From: Magnetococcales bacterium
GTDB lineage: Bacteria > Pseudomonadota > Magnetococcia > Magnetococcales > JADFWT01
Reading direction: 5' to 3'
Assembly: GCA_015233785.1 (NCBI GenBank)
Contig: JADFWT010000004.1
Span: 1-60,259 of the forward strand
DNA: 60,259 bases
Below, in pieces: positions 38,376-48,387 of the stretch. Both the position numbers and the translations under genes were made by a program. Position 1 is the first letter of the stretch. Every line of letters begins with the position of its first letter. The notes under the pieces were generated by a model. The model had not been told where the DNA came from and did not search any database. It saw only the letters and a program-made list of their open reading frames with translations.

Positions 38376-39430
38376 CCAAATCGATCCTTAAGGGCTACAA
38401 TATGCTCTTGAGCCTCCACCAATCGCTCAATCAATACGCCGGTCAACTGGGCCTGAACCCGGCTGCGCTGGGACTTACTAAATGCTTCAAAGGTAGGACG
38501 ATCCACCCTGATCATCATCATCTCGCTGGCAGCCAAGGCATCATGAGGACAACCGAGGGGACTCAAAAAAGGAACCTCACCCAATACCGATCCAGGCCCT
38601 AAACGACCAATATGACACGCCCGGCTACCCGGTGAAAAAAGATCTACAACCCCCTTGAGAACAACATGGAACGCATCGGTACGGTCTCCAGCCTTATAAA
38701 GCGTTTCTCCAGGTTGATAATGATCACTGATAAATACCTGAAGCCGTTTCCAGGTATCCTCATCTATGTTAAAATTGCGTAAAACCTTGATCTCTCGAAC
38801 TTGTTCCAAAATGGCATACCCAAGCATCGACTGCTGGGTACTGATGGCATCATCCGGGCCGACTGCCGTGCTGATGGCCCCCTCCAGCCCGACGCCAAGC
38901 CGCTTATAGGCACGACGACTCTGAGTGTTGAGTCGGCTTGCCCGAAGCTCACCGCTCTCCCATGGATCCAGTGGCTCAAAATGATCCGAAAGATTGTCGG
39001 AAAACAGCTTCGGAAACAGAATGGTCTCTTCCCGTTGAATGCGCTGATTAATCACTTCAACCATCTGCCGGGTCTCAGCGATAAACCAGGCGTTCTCCTC
39101 CACCATGTCCCGATCTCGCGTCCAGCTCCATAGAAACCCCTTATAGGCCCCATTCAGCTTATTGAGGTCGGTGGCATATTTTTTCACCGTCTTGTGGGTC
39201 TGCTTGTCGTCGCACTTATTGAGACGTTTTTTGAGCAACTTCTCCGACTCTTTAATATGTCGGCCGATCTGATCACCCAGCGCCCTTAGCACGGATTTCA
39301 CCAGGTGGGCACGACCCTTGCTGATCTTCCCTACCAACAAAGGCTCCAGAAGATCAATCTGATCAAGCATCCCCCGATTCTGCTCCTGAATCAGAAACGC
39401 CAGACAACGTTCCAAGGTGGATTTCGGCAT
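38372..39430 (-). CDS. Hemerythrin-like helical domain + cNMP-binding domain protein
   Basis: RIQREETILFP (HxxxEExxLFP-like) and YQPGETLYKAGD...LGPGSVLGEV; ATG at 39430 follows GAGGGG. Confidence 0.75.
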   Translation of the reverse strand: MPKSTLERCLAFLIQEQNRGMLDQIDLLEPLLVGKISKGRAHLVKSVLRALGDQIGRHIKESEKLLKKRLNKCDDKQTHKTVKKYATDLNKLNGAYKGFLWSWTRDRDMVEENAWFIAETRQMVEVINQRIQREETILFPKLFSDNLSDHFEPLDPWESGELRASRLNTQSRRAYKRLGVGLEGAISTAVGPDDAISTQQSMLGYAILEQVREIKVLRNFNIDEDTWKRLQVFISDHYQPGETLYKAGDRTDAFHVVLKGVVDLFSPGSRACHIGRLGPGSVLGEVPFLSPLGCPHDALAASEMMMIRVDRPTFEAFSKSQRSRVQAQLTGVLIERLVEAQEHIVALKDRFG

Positions 39431-39703
39431 GATACATCCCCTCATTATCCAATCCGCCCACACCATCACACCATGCGATAAGCTCACAGCATGACGCTCC
39501 CCTTCGCCAAGCCATGCCTCTGTCTGTAGGGCGGTTAAGTCCTATTCATTCCTTAGAGTACCACACCCCATAAAGCCCATGGCAACCTGTTCACCACCTT
39601 ACGCCGCTTCCTTGCCCTGGTGAGCCGATGTGTTTTTTGCGGATCTGCGTTAAAGTGCTTAAGATATTCCATCATCATCCGCTTGCCCACATCAGGAGGC
39701 ATC

Positions 39704-41032
39704 ATGCCCCGATCCCCCCTGCCCCACTTCTGGCTGCTGCTTGGAGCCCTGCTGCTCTGGACGCCCTCCATTCAAGCCAAAACCCCCGACATTCAAAGCC
39801 GTGTGGCCACCTTAAAAACCCGCGCCGAACGGGGGGACGCCAAGGCGCAAAACGATCTGGGCGGCCTCTATATACGCGGTGCAGGCGTTGAGAAAAGTTA
39901 TGAGCAGGCGGCGGTCTGGATTCGTAAAGCCGCCCATCAGGGAGATGCCGCCGCCCAGGTTAACCTGGGACATCTGTTCCGCCATGGACTAGGGGTGCCG
40001 CAATCCATCAAAGAGAGCATCAAGTGGTATGGTAAGGCCGCAGACGGCGGCGATGCGGAGGCGCAATTTCTGCTGGGAGGACTCTACGCTAAAGGTGATG
40101 AGGCACCCCAAGATCATTCCGCCGCTTTCCACTGGTACAGTAAAGCCGCTAAACAGGGCCACGCGAACGCCCAGGTCAACCTCGGCAAACTCTATCAACA
40201 TGGTCAGGGAGTCAAACAAAATCGACGACAGGCGCTACGTTGGTATGTCAAAGCCGCCAAGCAGGGCCAACCTATCGCTCAATACAACCTGGGCATCATG
40301 TACGCTACCGGAAACAGCGTTAGCATCAATCCCGATAAGGCGATCATGTGGTTTGAAAAAGCCGCTCGACAGGGAGATGCCGATGCTCAGAATAATCTGG
40401 GATATCTCTATGAGACAGGCCGGGCTGGGGTTAAAAAGGATCTGGAAAAGGCACTCTACTGGTATCGGGAAGCGGCAGACAGAGGCCAGACCAACGCCCT
40501 GGCAGCCCTGAAAAAACAGTACGAAACGCAAGCACCAGAAACCCTAACCCAGACGCAAGCCCAGGCCGTAACCGTGGTGACGCCGGGCCATGAACCGTTG
40601 GGGTTCTCAGCCGCGCTGGCAAATGCCCCCATGGCGGTCACGCTACCCCCCAGGATTGAACCGATGACCCCTCCTCTGCCGGCCTCGGTAGATGCAACAG
40701 ACATGACGCTGGTCAAACATCTTAATCCCGCACCAAATGCCATTAGAAAGAGCCCCGCCAAACCCAACAGAGCCACCCTCACCAAACCGCACCAACTACG
40801 CAAAAAACAGCTCAAGCGGCGTCCCATAAGGCACAGTCGCTCCGATCCAAAGGTGGCCCGCGTACAGCGTCGTCTCTGGCAGCGCGGATTTAATCCCGGC
40901 CCCATTGATGGACGCTTAGGCCCCAAGACCAAGCGTGCCATTCGACTCTATCAGCGACAGCAGCGCATTCGGGTGAATGGACGCATCACCCGACAGTTAA
41001 CCCAAAGGCTCTTTGGCAGCAAGAAGAGATAA
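39704..41032 (+). CDS. Exported SEL1-repeat protein with C-terminal peptidoglycan-binding domain
   Basis: AGGAGG SD and signal peptide; AQxNLGxxY..G.GV repeats; VQRRL..RGFNPGPIDGRLGPKTKRAI..YQ. Confidence 0.92.
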   Translation: MPRSPLPHFWLLLGALLLWTPSIQAKTPDIQSRVATLKTRAERGDAKAQNDLGGLYIRGAGVEKSYEQAAVWIRKAAHQGDAAAQVNLGHLFRHGLGVPQSIKESIKWYGKAADGGDAEAQFLLGGLYAKGDEAPQDHSAAFHWYSKAAKQGHANAQVNLGKLYQHGQGVKQNRRQALRWYVKAAKQGQPIAQYNLGIMYATGNSVSINPDKAIMWFEKAARQGDADAQNNLGYLYETGRAGVKKDLEKALYWYREAADRGQTNALAALKKQYETQAPETLTQTQAQAVTVVTPGHEPLGFSAALANAPMAVTLPPRIEPMTPPLPASVDATDMTLVKHLNPAPNAIRKSPAKPNRATLTKPHQLRKKQLKRRPIRHSRSDPKVARVQRRLWQRGFNPGPIDGRLGPKTKRAIRLYQRQQRIRVNGRITRQLTQRLFGSKKR

Positions 41033-41042
41033 GCAGACATGC

Positions 41043-41078
41043 AAACGGGGATGACCCTGGACCTGGCCATCCCCGTTT
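41043..41078 (+). terminator. Probable intrinsic terminator
   Basis: AAACGGGGATG ... CATCCCCGTTT, 10 nt after the SEL1 gene stop. Confidence 0.65.
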
Positions 41079-41189
41079 ATGGGAGAGGGGGGAATCCTCT
41101 CAGCTCCCGAGTGGGGGGCTATAGGTTAGACGCTTGGGAATTTAGACAAGAGGAGTTTGCATTTGGTTCCATAAGGGGGGGGGAGACCC

Positions 41190-41440
41190 CGAAGGACACT
41201 CCGAAACGGGTGATAGTAACTATTTTGGAATCCACCCCCTTGGATGACGGACCCCGGGAATCCATCAAGGAACTTCTGGATCGCACCAGAGGATGTATGA
41301 ATAAACACCAATCCATGGATGAGGAGTTGCGCCGGATTTGCTGAACAACCCATCATTGATCCTATCGTAAAACACGCCATAGATATCCGAACCTATCACG
41401 CAATCCAGTTCCCGACACGCTCGGCATCCGGCCAATCGAT
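41190..41440 (+). pseudogene. Possible decayed antitoxin/PIN (VapBC-like) remnant
   Basis: Frame-shifted pieces KRVIVTILE...ELLDRTRGCM and PIIDPIVKHAIDIRTYHAIQF/PDTL resemble a small antitoxin and the VapC AIxIRxxxxIxxPD segment. Confidence 0.3.
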
Positions 41441-41534
41441 CTCAGATGGCTCTTCCGTACGCAAAATGCCTGCACCCACTGTTTCAATGCAGTTTTTTCA
41501 CTCCATCCCAGATCACTATCTTCACAATGGGCAT

Positions 41535-43112
41535 TCAGTTGCCCCACATACGCTCAACAACGCTTTTCACCAGATCCCGATAGAACCTGTTCAAATCCAC
41601 ATGCTCAGTGAATTGGATCCTCTTACCCTCATAACTGAGAGCAACCAGATAACACAGCAGAGGCTGGGAAGTGACCTCATCAAGCCCTGACATCTTCAAC
41701 GCTTCGGGCATCTCTCCATAAAGGCTGCCGCTCACCTGACCATAGCTAAGCCACCAATCATCCCGTTGATCCTCAAGCAAAAACTCACCAGGATCATCTT
41801 CCTTACGCCACTTCTCTTTTCGCTCCTCTTTTGAAACCCAGTAGGGCAACAGTTGCAGCACCTTTCCAGGCTCTCGCACCTGGTCGGCGTTGCTCTGACC
41901 AATGGTGGTACGACTGGTAATCAATACCTGAAGCCGTAGCTCTCTACTGTTGAAGTCGGCAAGTTGGCGCTGCACCTCATCGACAAACTTACGTGCCATA
42001 TACGCAGCGCCATCACCCAGCATGGCCAGCTCATCCAGACCGTCAAAGATCACCAACAGCCGCTCATCTCCCTCGTTAATATCCAGTGGGTTGTAGTCTG
42101 TGAAGATTCGCTCTCTGCGAACATAATTACCTACTGCCGCCACCAAATCCCGCTCCATGTGCAGGCGATGCAGTGGCACCAGCAAGACTGGAAGATCCGG
42201 TTTGGATCTGGCCAAATTGGCCGCATAGGTCTTGGAGAATGAGGATTTACCAGAGCCAGGACCGCCCCAAACCATACGCAACGCATCACGCCGATCAGTG
42301 GATCGAAGCCACTTATCAAGCACCTCATGCAGGTATGCTACCCGCCTTGGAAGCCGTTCTGGGGTCTCACCCTCATCTAGCACCTCAAGCTCATACCACG
42401 CCCGAAGCGGCTGATAGACCTGGGCCAGACCAAACGGCTGGTCGAAAAGCGGCTCATTGACCTGCTTTTGCAGCCATGCCCGGTATTGGCTCCACGCCCG
42501 ATCCCGCTCCACAGCACTACAAAAGGGGGTCTCCAGATTCTCCTTGAGGCCGTTGTAATCTTCCGGCCTGTCACCCCACTGCCGATGCAGTGCCAACACA
42601 AAATAGCTGGGAAACCGCTTGGCCATACTGGTGGCCGGGGCCTCCCCCATGCCCACGCCCTGGAGCCACATCTTGAGGGGAGCTTCCAGTTCTTTTAGAA
42701 AGGGGAAGCGCTCCGGCTTGTTGAAAAAGCTGGCGTCAAGCATTAACTCCCCGGCCTCCAACTGGGCCAGCTTAAGCGTCTCGGCCAATCCATCCGCGGA
42801 AGGCTTATCGTCATCGGAGATGCCACGGAGAATGTTATTAAGACTCTCCCCGCCCCACCGGAACGCCGCATCCGTTAACGCCCGCTGAATCAACAGCCAA
42901 CCCCGCTCTGCACAGGAGAGCTCCTCCACCTTGATGGCAGAGAGCGCCTTAAGAGCACTCTTCCCGGCCCCCTTCCAATCCTCAAAGCTACCCTGAATCG
43001 CCGCTTGGGACAGGTTGGTGAAAAACGTGGTGAAGTCGGTCTTGAGGGCCCGATTCCATACGGATACGGGCTGTTTTAGGGAGAAGCCGGATTCCATGAA
43101 GAGAATACCCAT
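41535..43112 (-). CDS. NACHT-domain NTPase, probably C-terminally truncated
   Basis: GGPGSGKSS, LLVIFDGLDE, VLITSR and QPLLCYL; the ORF stops just after the helical domain with no sensor repeats. Confidence 0.8.
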   Translation of the reverse strand: MGILFMESGFSLKQPVSVWNRALKTDFTTFFTNLSQAAIQGSFEDWKGAGKSALKALSAIKVEELSCAERGWLLIQRALTDAAFRWGGESLNNILRGISDDDKPSADGLAETLKLAQLEAGELMLDASFFNKPERFPFLKELEAPLKMWLQGVGMGEAPATSMAKRFPSYFVLALHRQWGDRPEDYNGLKENLETPFCSAVERDRAWSQYRAWLQKQVNEPLFDQPFGLAQVYQPLRAWYELEVLDEGETPERLPRRVAYLHEVLDKWLRSTDRRDALRMVWGGPGSGKSSFSKTYAANLARSKPDLPVLLVPLHRLHMERDLVAAVGNYVRRERIFTDYNPLDINEGDERLLVIFDGLDELAMLGDGAAYMARKFVDEVQRQLADFNSRELRLQVLITSRTTIGQSNADQVREPGKVLQLLPYWVSKEERKEKWRKEDDPGEFLLEDQRDDWWLSYGQVSGSLYGEMPEALKMSGLDEVTSQPLLCYLVALSYEGKRIQFTEHVDLNRFYRDLVKSVVERMWGN

Positions 43113-43183
43113 TAATAAGCTTAGGCAGGTCTGGGTGATTCAATTTATCAGAAAGGCATGCTTGGGGGCAGAGAAAAGGGGCA

Positions 43184-44521
43184 TCAGTCAGCCCGCAAAG
43201 CCTGCTCCTCCTGCTCGGCCAGAGCATCGAATTTGTTTACCTTGGTGAGAAAATCGTGGTAGGTCTCAGAGGCAAATTTCTGCATATTCCGCCGATAGTA
43301 GTTGATGTCATCATACTCTTCAAACAGAACCACCAGCACCCGCTTGTCCAGCTCCCCCTTGTCCACCATCTCGGTCATGATTTTTATTACCACCCGCTTT
43401 TCAAGCCCGCCGCGATAGGGGCGATCTTCGGTCAGGGCGGTGAAGACGTCAGCCACCATCAGAATCTTGGCCGCCAACGGAATGTTGGCCCCAACCTCCT
43501 GAAAGGGATAGCCCCGCCCATTAAGCCGCTCGTGATGAAAACCGCACCACTCAATGATATCGTCAATGTGGCGAATCGGCCTTAATATGCGAGCAGTGTG
43601 GTAGGCGTGGGCCTTGACATCTTCGAACTCCTCTACGGTGAGCTTGCCGGGCTTCTCCAAAATGGTATTGGAGATGGCCAGCTTACCGATATCATGGAGA
43701 AACCCAGCAATCATCAGCTTTTGACACTCCCGCTCGGAAAACCCCATCATCCGCCCGATATACTCCGCCACCACCGAAACGCCGCTGGAGTGGGTGGCGG
43801 TAAAACGGCTGCGAAAGTCCACCAACTGCGAAAGAAGATGGGCGAATGAGGCGATGATATCCGCCGTCAGATCCACCTCGAAGTTCTTTACCTGGCCTCG
43901 GAAAAAGGCCGGTAGATTGGGCGATGTAAGATCCAGCCAGAACTGCTCCCGTCGAGCCGCTTTGCGCAGCACCCCCACCAGACGCGGATGAAACATGCGT
44001 GGCGCCTCTGCCTCAATAGTCTCAAGAATAGACTCCCGCTCCTGAAGCGGATTGGCGCTTGCCACCAGCAGAATATCCAACCGGTCGGCCAGATGAAGCA
44101 TATGGCTGGCCATAGGTACATCCCGGCCATAAAAACGCGCCCCGCGTCCGTCACTCCATTTCACATGGTGAAAGCGGATAATCCAGGCCGGATCGGAAAA
44201 CAGCCCAAAATCCCGCAATAGCTGATACCCGATCTCAGCATGACGATGGGGATGATCCGGGTCGAGCTTTAGAAACTCAAAACGCTCTTCGCTGCTGAAG
44301 GCCCCAATATCGTGCAGCATCGCCGCCAGGATGATATCACTCTCCTCCTTACGGGAGCCGTACTCGGCCTGAATCATTCTCGAAGCGATGTACGCGACAC
44401 GCGCATGGTGATTCACCAGCTCCTTATTAACCAGGTCCATAGCGTTGGAGATGGCAGTAACCAGATCATAAATATCGATACGGGGATCAATGCGCATACT
44501 TGAACAACACTCCAGTAACAA
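43184..44521 (-). CDS. Tandem-HD HD-GYP phosphodiesterase
   Basis: LHDIG in both domains; HHERLNGRGYP and ADVFTALTEDRPYR. Alternative start at 44497. Confidence 0.92.
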   Translation of the reverse strand: MLLECCSSMRIDPRIDIYDLVTAISNAMDLVNKELVNHHARVAYIASRMIQAEYGSRKEESDIILAAMLHDIGAFSSEERFEFLKLDPDHPHRHAEIGYQLLRDFGLFSDPAWIIRFHHVKWSDGRGARFYGRDVPMASHMLHLADRLDILLVASANPLQERESILETIEAEAPRMFHPRLVGVLRKAARREQFWLDLTSPNLPAFFRGQVKNFEVDLTADIIASFAHLLSQLVDFRSRFTATHSSGVSVVAEYIGRMMGFSERECQKLMIAGFLHDIGKLAISNTILEKPGKLTVEEFEDVKAHAYHTARILRPIRHIDDIIEWCGFHHERLNGRGYPFQEVGANIPLAAKILMVADVFTALTEDRPYRGGLEKRVVIKIMTEMVDKGELDKRVLVVLFEEYDDINYYRRNMQKFASETYHDFLTKVNKFDALAEQEEQALRAD

Positions 44522-44670
44522 TCGGCCCTATCGTCATCCTCGCCCGTATCAGGCACCCCTTAACGATTTCAGACATTCAGTGTAAACAACAATATACCCA
44601 AATAAATGTAAGTATATTTCTCCCCCCCCGCCAAGATAATTAGGTGGGAACCCTACCATACCACAGCCAG

Positions 44671-44703
44671 TATGGTGCAAGAATCTATGGTACACGAATC
44701 GCT
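44671..44703 (+). promoter_or_regulatory. 15-bp tandem repeat overlapping a sigma54-like element
   Basis: TATGGTGCAAGAATC TATGGTACACGAATC (13/15 identical); TGGTACACGAATCGCT has GG-N10-GC spacing. Confidence 0.4.
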
Positions 44704-44805
44704 ACGGGAAATCCTAGCACGGACAGATGATCTGCGTGACATCTGCCCCGGTTTGACAGAGAATCAAGGTATTGTTACCTCTACGAATGGCCCAAGGAGT
44801 TCCCC

Positions 44806-45438
44806 ATGGACCGACAGGAACATTGGCAGAAAATCTATCACGATAAGCACTTTGACCAAGTAAGCTGGTATCAAGATGAGGCGCGAACCTCCCTGAATTT
44901 GATCCGTGAATCTGCTCTTCGGCATGATCAGGCCATGATTGATGTGGGCGGGGGAGCCTCCGGTCTTGTGGATACACTGCTGGCGGATGGCTATCGTGAC
45001 GTTACGGTGCTGGACCTCTCATCCCATGGGCTGGATCAGGCCCGAACACGTATTGGCCCCGCGTCAAATGCAGCCCGCTGGATCACCGCCGACATCACAC
45101 GCTACACACCAACCAAAGATCTCGATGATCCCCCGCCGTTTTATCTCTGGCACGACCGGGCGGTGTACCACTTTCTCACCGATCCCGCCGATCAGCACGC
45201 CTATCGTACAACGTTGTGCCAATCTCTCAAGGTAGGCGGGCACCTCATCTTGGCAGCCTTTGCCGACGATGGCCCAACAAAGTGCAGCGGCCTTACCGTC
45301 CGGCAGTTCTCCCCGGACAGCATGACACATGATTTTGCAGAATATTTCACCCTGGTGCGCCATATTAAAGAGACACACCAGACCCCGAGCGGCTCCCGGC
45401 AGTCGTTTCTATATGGCCTGTATGAACGCCATGGCTGA
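44806..45438 (+). CDS. Class I SAM-dependent methyltransferase
   Basis: HWQKIY...VSWYQ, IDVGGGAS, VLDLS, WHDRAVYHFL, GPTKCSGL; AAGGAG SD. Confidence 0.92.
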   Translation: MDRQEHWQKIYHDKHFDQVSWYQDEARTSLNLIRESALRHDQAMIDVGGGASGLVDTLLADGYRDVTVLDLSSHGLDQARTRIGPASNAARWITADITRYTPTKDLDDPPPFYLWHDRAVYHFLTDPADQHAYRTTLCQSLKVGGHLILAAFADDGPTKCSGLTVRQFSPDSMTHDFAEYFTLVRHIKETHQTPSGSRQSFLYGLYERHG

Positions 45439-46351
45439 GAAGCGTCTACTCCATAGTGTGATGATGACACCCTGGGTGATCCTTTGCGCTCTACTGCTGA
45501 CGCCCGCTCCTCTTCAGGCCCAGGATGATTCCACCCTCATCTGGTTGCGGGATAATCTTCCCCCGGCCTTTATTCAGAGTGGCCCCGAGAAAGATCAGGG
45601 CATCGTCGATGGGGTGGTAAGCATGCTGATGACCGCCCTGCCCCAGTATCAACACCGGGTGAAAAATGCCAACATGGCGCGCATTCTTCACATGATTAAA
45701 CAGAAACGGCCGGTCTGCTACGCCGGATTTCTTAAAACCCCAGAGAGAGAACAGTACATCACCTTCTCCCGTGCCAATCTGCTTACCATGCAAAATGGCA
45801 TCATCATCGCCAAAGCCCACCGTGGAGATCGCTTCGAACAGGGACAGGCCCCTCTCTCACTCGCCACACTCCTTGGACGTGCGGATCTTATACCGGGTTT
45901 GATCCGGGGGCGCTCCTACGGGGCCTCCATCGACCGGCTATTGAAAGAGCGTGCCCCTGTACAGACACTCTATCGCACCGAAGGTAACGCTCTGGAAGGA
46001 ATCTTGAAGATGCTTGATGTCGGTCGCATCGACTATTCCCTTGGCTTTCCATGGGAAGCCCCATATGTGGCCAAACGCATCGGATTGAACCATAAATTTT
46101 CTATTCTACCCATTGAGGAAAACTACCGTAGCCGTTGGGTCAAAAACTATATCGGCTGCCCAAAAACCCCCTGGGGTATCAAAACCATACATCACATCCA
46201 AGAGGCACTGAATGAGCTGATGCCATCGGAAACCTATATGCATCACCAGCTCAAATGGTTTCCCAGAGAAATGGAGTTGGAGATACGTGCCGCTTTTCGT
46301 CGTCTCCTTCTCAAACCGGGCCGCTCCGGCAATGAAGCCTCACCTCCATGA
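45431..46351 (+). CDS. TIGR02285-like periplasmic substrate-binding protein
   Basis: Signal peptide; PPAFI..G...QGIVD, KTPERE, GRSYG, GRIDY, YIGCPKTPWG. Confidence 0.85.
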   Translation: MAEKRLLHSVMMTPWVILCALLLTPAPLQAQDDSTLIWLRDNLPPAFIQSGPEKDQGIVDGVVSMLMTALPQYQHRVKNANMARILHMIKQKRPVCYAGFLKTPEREQYITFSRANLLTMQNGIIIAKAHRGDRFEQGQAPLSLATLLGRADLIPGLIRGRSYGASIDRLLKERAPVQTLYRTEGNALEGILKMLDVGRIDYSLGFPWEAPYVAKRIGLNHKFSILPIEENYRSRWVKNYIGCPKTPWGIKTIHHIQEALNELMPSETYMHHQLKWFPREMELEIRAAFRRLLLKPGRSGNEASPP

Positions 46352-48234
46352 GCCACCCCACTATGGAGCAACCTCCCCCAGTGAAACCTCAACCGGTTGA
46401 TGAGCATCTAAGTCGTCACCTGATGCTCATTCTAGCTGCGGTAATTGCCGTCACACTGCTGCTCTTTTCAGCGCTGATTATTTATCATGAGGCCCATGTA
46501 TTGGAACAGCGCCTCACCCAACGGTTGGAAAACACCCTCAAGTTGGCCCAGCACACCCTTCCCACACCCATCTGGGAGTTCAACACCCCCTATGTTCGAG
46601 AGTTCATTCACGCCCTGTTTCTGTACGATGAGGTGGTTCATGTCCTGGTGAAAAGCGGTGATCGAGAGCTGGCACGCCAGACTCGCCTCACCCACAACCA
46701 TCTCACAGGCACCGAGATGCAGCATTCAAAACAGATAATTACGGCCAGCCGCCCCATTTATCGTGGCGATGAGATCGTCGGTTCCATTGAGATCGCCCTC
46801 ACCCGCCATCACGTCAATAACATGATGTGGCATCGCGGCTGGATCGCCACCATGTTGATGCTTCTCCTGATGGGGGTGGTTTCATTAGCCGTCTATATCC
46901 TGCTGCGCCGCCACATCACCCTCCCTCTGGCGCAACTGGAGAGCACTGCAACCAGGATTGCCAAGGGCCATTTGGATCAACGAATCAAGCCCGTTGGACA
47001 CTGCGAGATCGCTCGATTGGCATACACCTTTGACCATATGATGATTCAGCTACGACAGATGACCGCCAGCCGGGATGAACTGGATCGTGAGGTTTTGAAA
47101 CGGCAAGAGAGCGTCCAACGTTATCGGCAACTGTTCGACTCCATGATCAACGGCTTTGCCCTGCATGAGATTATTCTTGATTCCCAGGGTACCCCCTGTG
47201 ACTACAGATTCCTGGAAGTTAATCCCATGTTTGAGACACTCACCGGCCTCACGGCGGAACAGGTGGTGGGACGAACCATTTTGGAAGCCCTTCCACAGCT
47301 TGAAGCCCACTGGATTGAAGCCTTTGGCATAGTGGCGCTGACCGGCGAACCCATGCGCTTTGAAAATTATTCGGCCGAGCTCCGCCGCTATTATGATGTC
47401 AGCGCCTACCAACCCAAGCCAAAGCACTTCGCGGTGGTGTTTACCGATATCACGGAACGGGTGCTGGCGGATAAAGAACGCCGAGAGCTGGAAGCGCGCC
47501 TGACCCAGAGCCAGAAAATGGAGGCCATCGGCCTTCTGGCCGGTGGTGTGGCCCATGATTTTAACAATATTCTAAGCATAATCATTGGCTTTTCAGAACT
47601 CACACAATCCGATCTACCACCAGATTCCGAATCCCAAGAACATGTGGAAGGCATCCTCACCGCCTCATTACGGGCACGAGATCTGGTACGACAGTTGCTC
47701 ACCTTCAGCCGCAACAACCATCCACTTCAAAAACGTATTGAATTGACCGCCACGGTGAATGAGGCCCTCCACCTCTCTCAGGCCTCTCTTCCAAAAAGCG
47801 TTACCATCACCAGCGACTTTCAGGCCCGTCATAGTGAAATTCTGGCCGACCCCACTCAGATCCATCAGGTCATCATGAATCTCTGCACCAACGCCGCCCA
47901 CGCCATGGGCGAAAACGGTGGCGTGATCTCTATTCAGCAGAGCGCCATAACATTGGACTCAGACAGTATGCAGCGCTTGGGGATGAAGCATTCCGATGTA
48001 TTGCGCCTCACCTTTCTTGACAATGGTAGTGGCGTGCCGGATGCCATTCGTCACCGCATTTTCGACCCATTCTTTACAACCAAAAGCATGGGCGACGGAA
48101 CCGGAATGGGATTGGCCGTCGCCCATGGCATCATGCGTCAATGCCAAGGCGCCATCACTCTGGAGAGCCCTTCCGATGGTGGTTCCCGCTTTATACTCTT
48201 TTTCCCCTGCGCCCCCAAGTTTTCTGACAACTGA
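46348..48234 (+). CDS. Sensor histidine kinase (2 TM, HAMP, PAS, HisKA, HATPase)
   Basis: GGVAHDFNNIL, NLCTNAAHAM, FFTTK..GDGTGMGL; ATGA overlap with the SBP gene. Confidence 0.95.
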   Translation: MSHPTMEQPPPVKPQPVDEHLSRHLMLILAAVIAVTLLLFSALIIYHEAHVLEQRLTQRLENTLKLAQHTLPTPIWEFNTPYVREFIHALFLYDEVVHVLVKSGDRELARQTRLTHNHLTGTEMQHSKQIITASRPIYRGDEIVGSIEIALTRHHVNNMMWHRGWIATMLMLLLMGVVSLAVYILLRRHITLPLAQLESTATRIAKGHLDQRIKPVGHCEIARLAYTFDHMMIQLRQMTASRDELDREVLKRQESVQRYRQLFDSMINGFALHEIILDSQGTPCDYRFLEVNPMFETLTGLTAEQVVGRTILEALPQLEAHWIEAFGIVALTGEPMRFENYSAELRRYYDVSAYQPKPKHFAVVFTDITERVLADKERRELEARLTQSQKMEAIGLLAGGVAHDFNNILSIIIGFSELTQSDLPPDSESQEHVEGILTASLRARDLVRQLLTFSRNNHPLQKRIELTATVNEALHLSQASLPKSVTITSDFQARHSEILADPTQIHQVIMNLCTNAAHAMGENGGVISIQQSAITLDSDSMQRLGMKHSDVLRLTFLDNGSGVPDAIRHRIFDPFFTTKSMGDGTGMGLAVAHGIMRQCQGAITLESPSDGGSRFILFFPCAPKFSDN

Positions 48235-48387
48235 TCCCTCTCAAGCATCTTTTTTTCATGTTTTCCGTACATTAATCCGCATCATGCCATCCTTTGTTCT
48301 CTCTTCTCACCACTGGATTGCCCCTTGAACCTCCACTATAGTAAAGTCTACTTAACATCCATAAATCGCTGACCAAGTGGTGGACCG

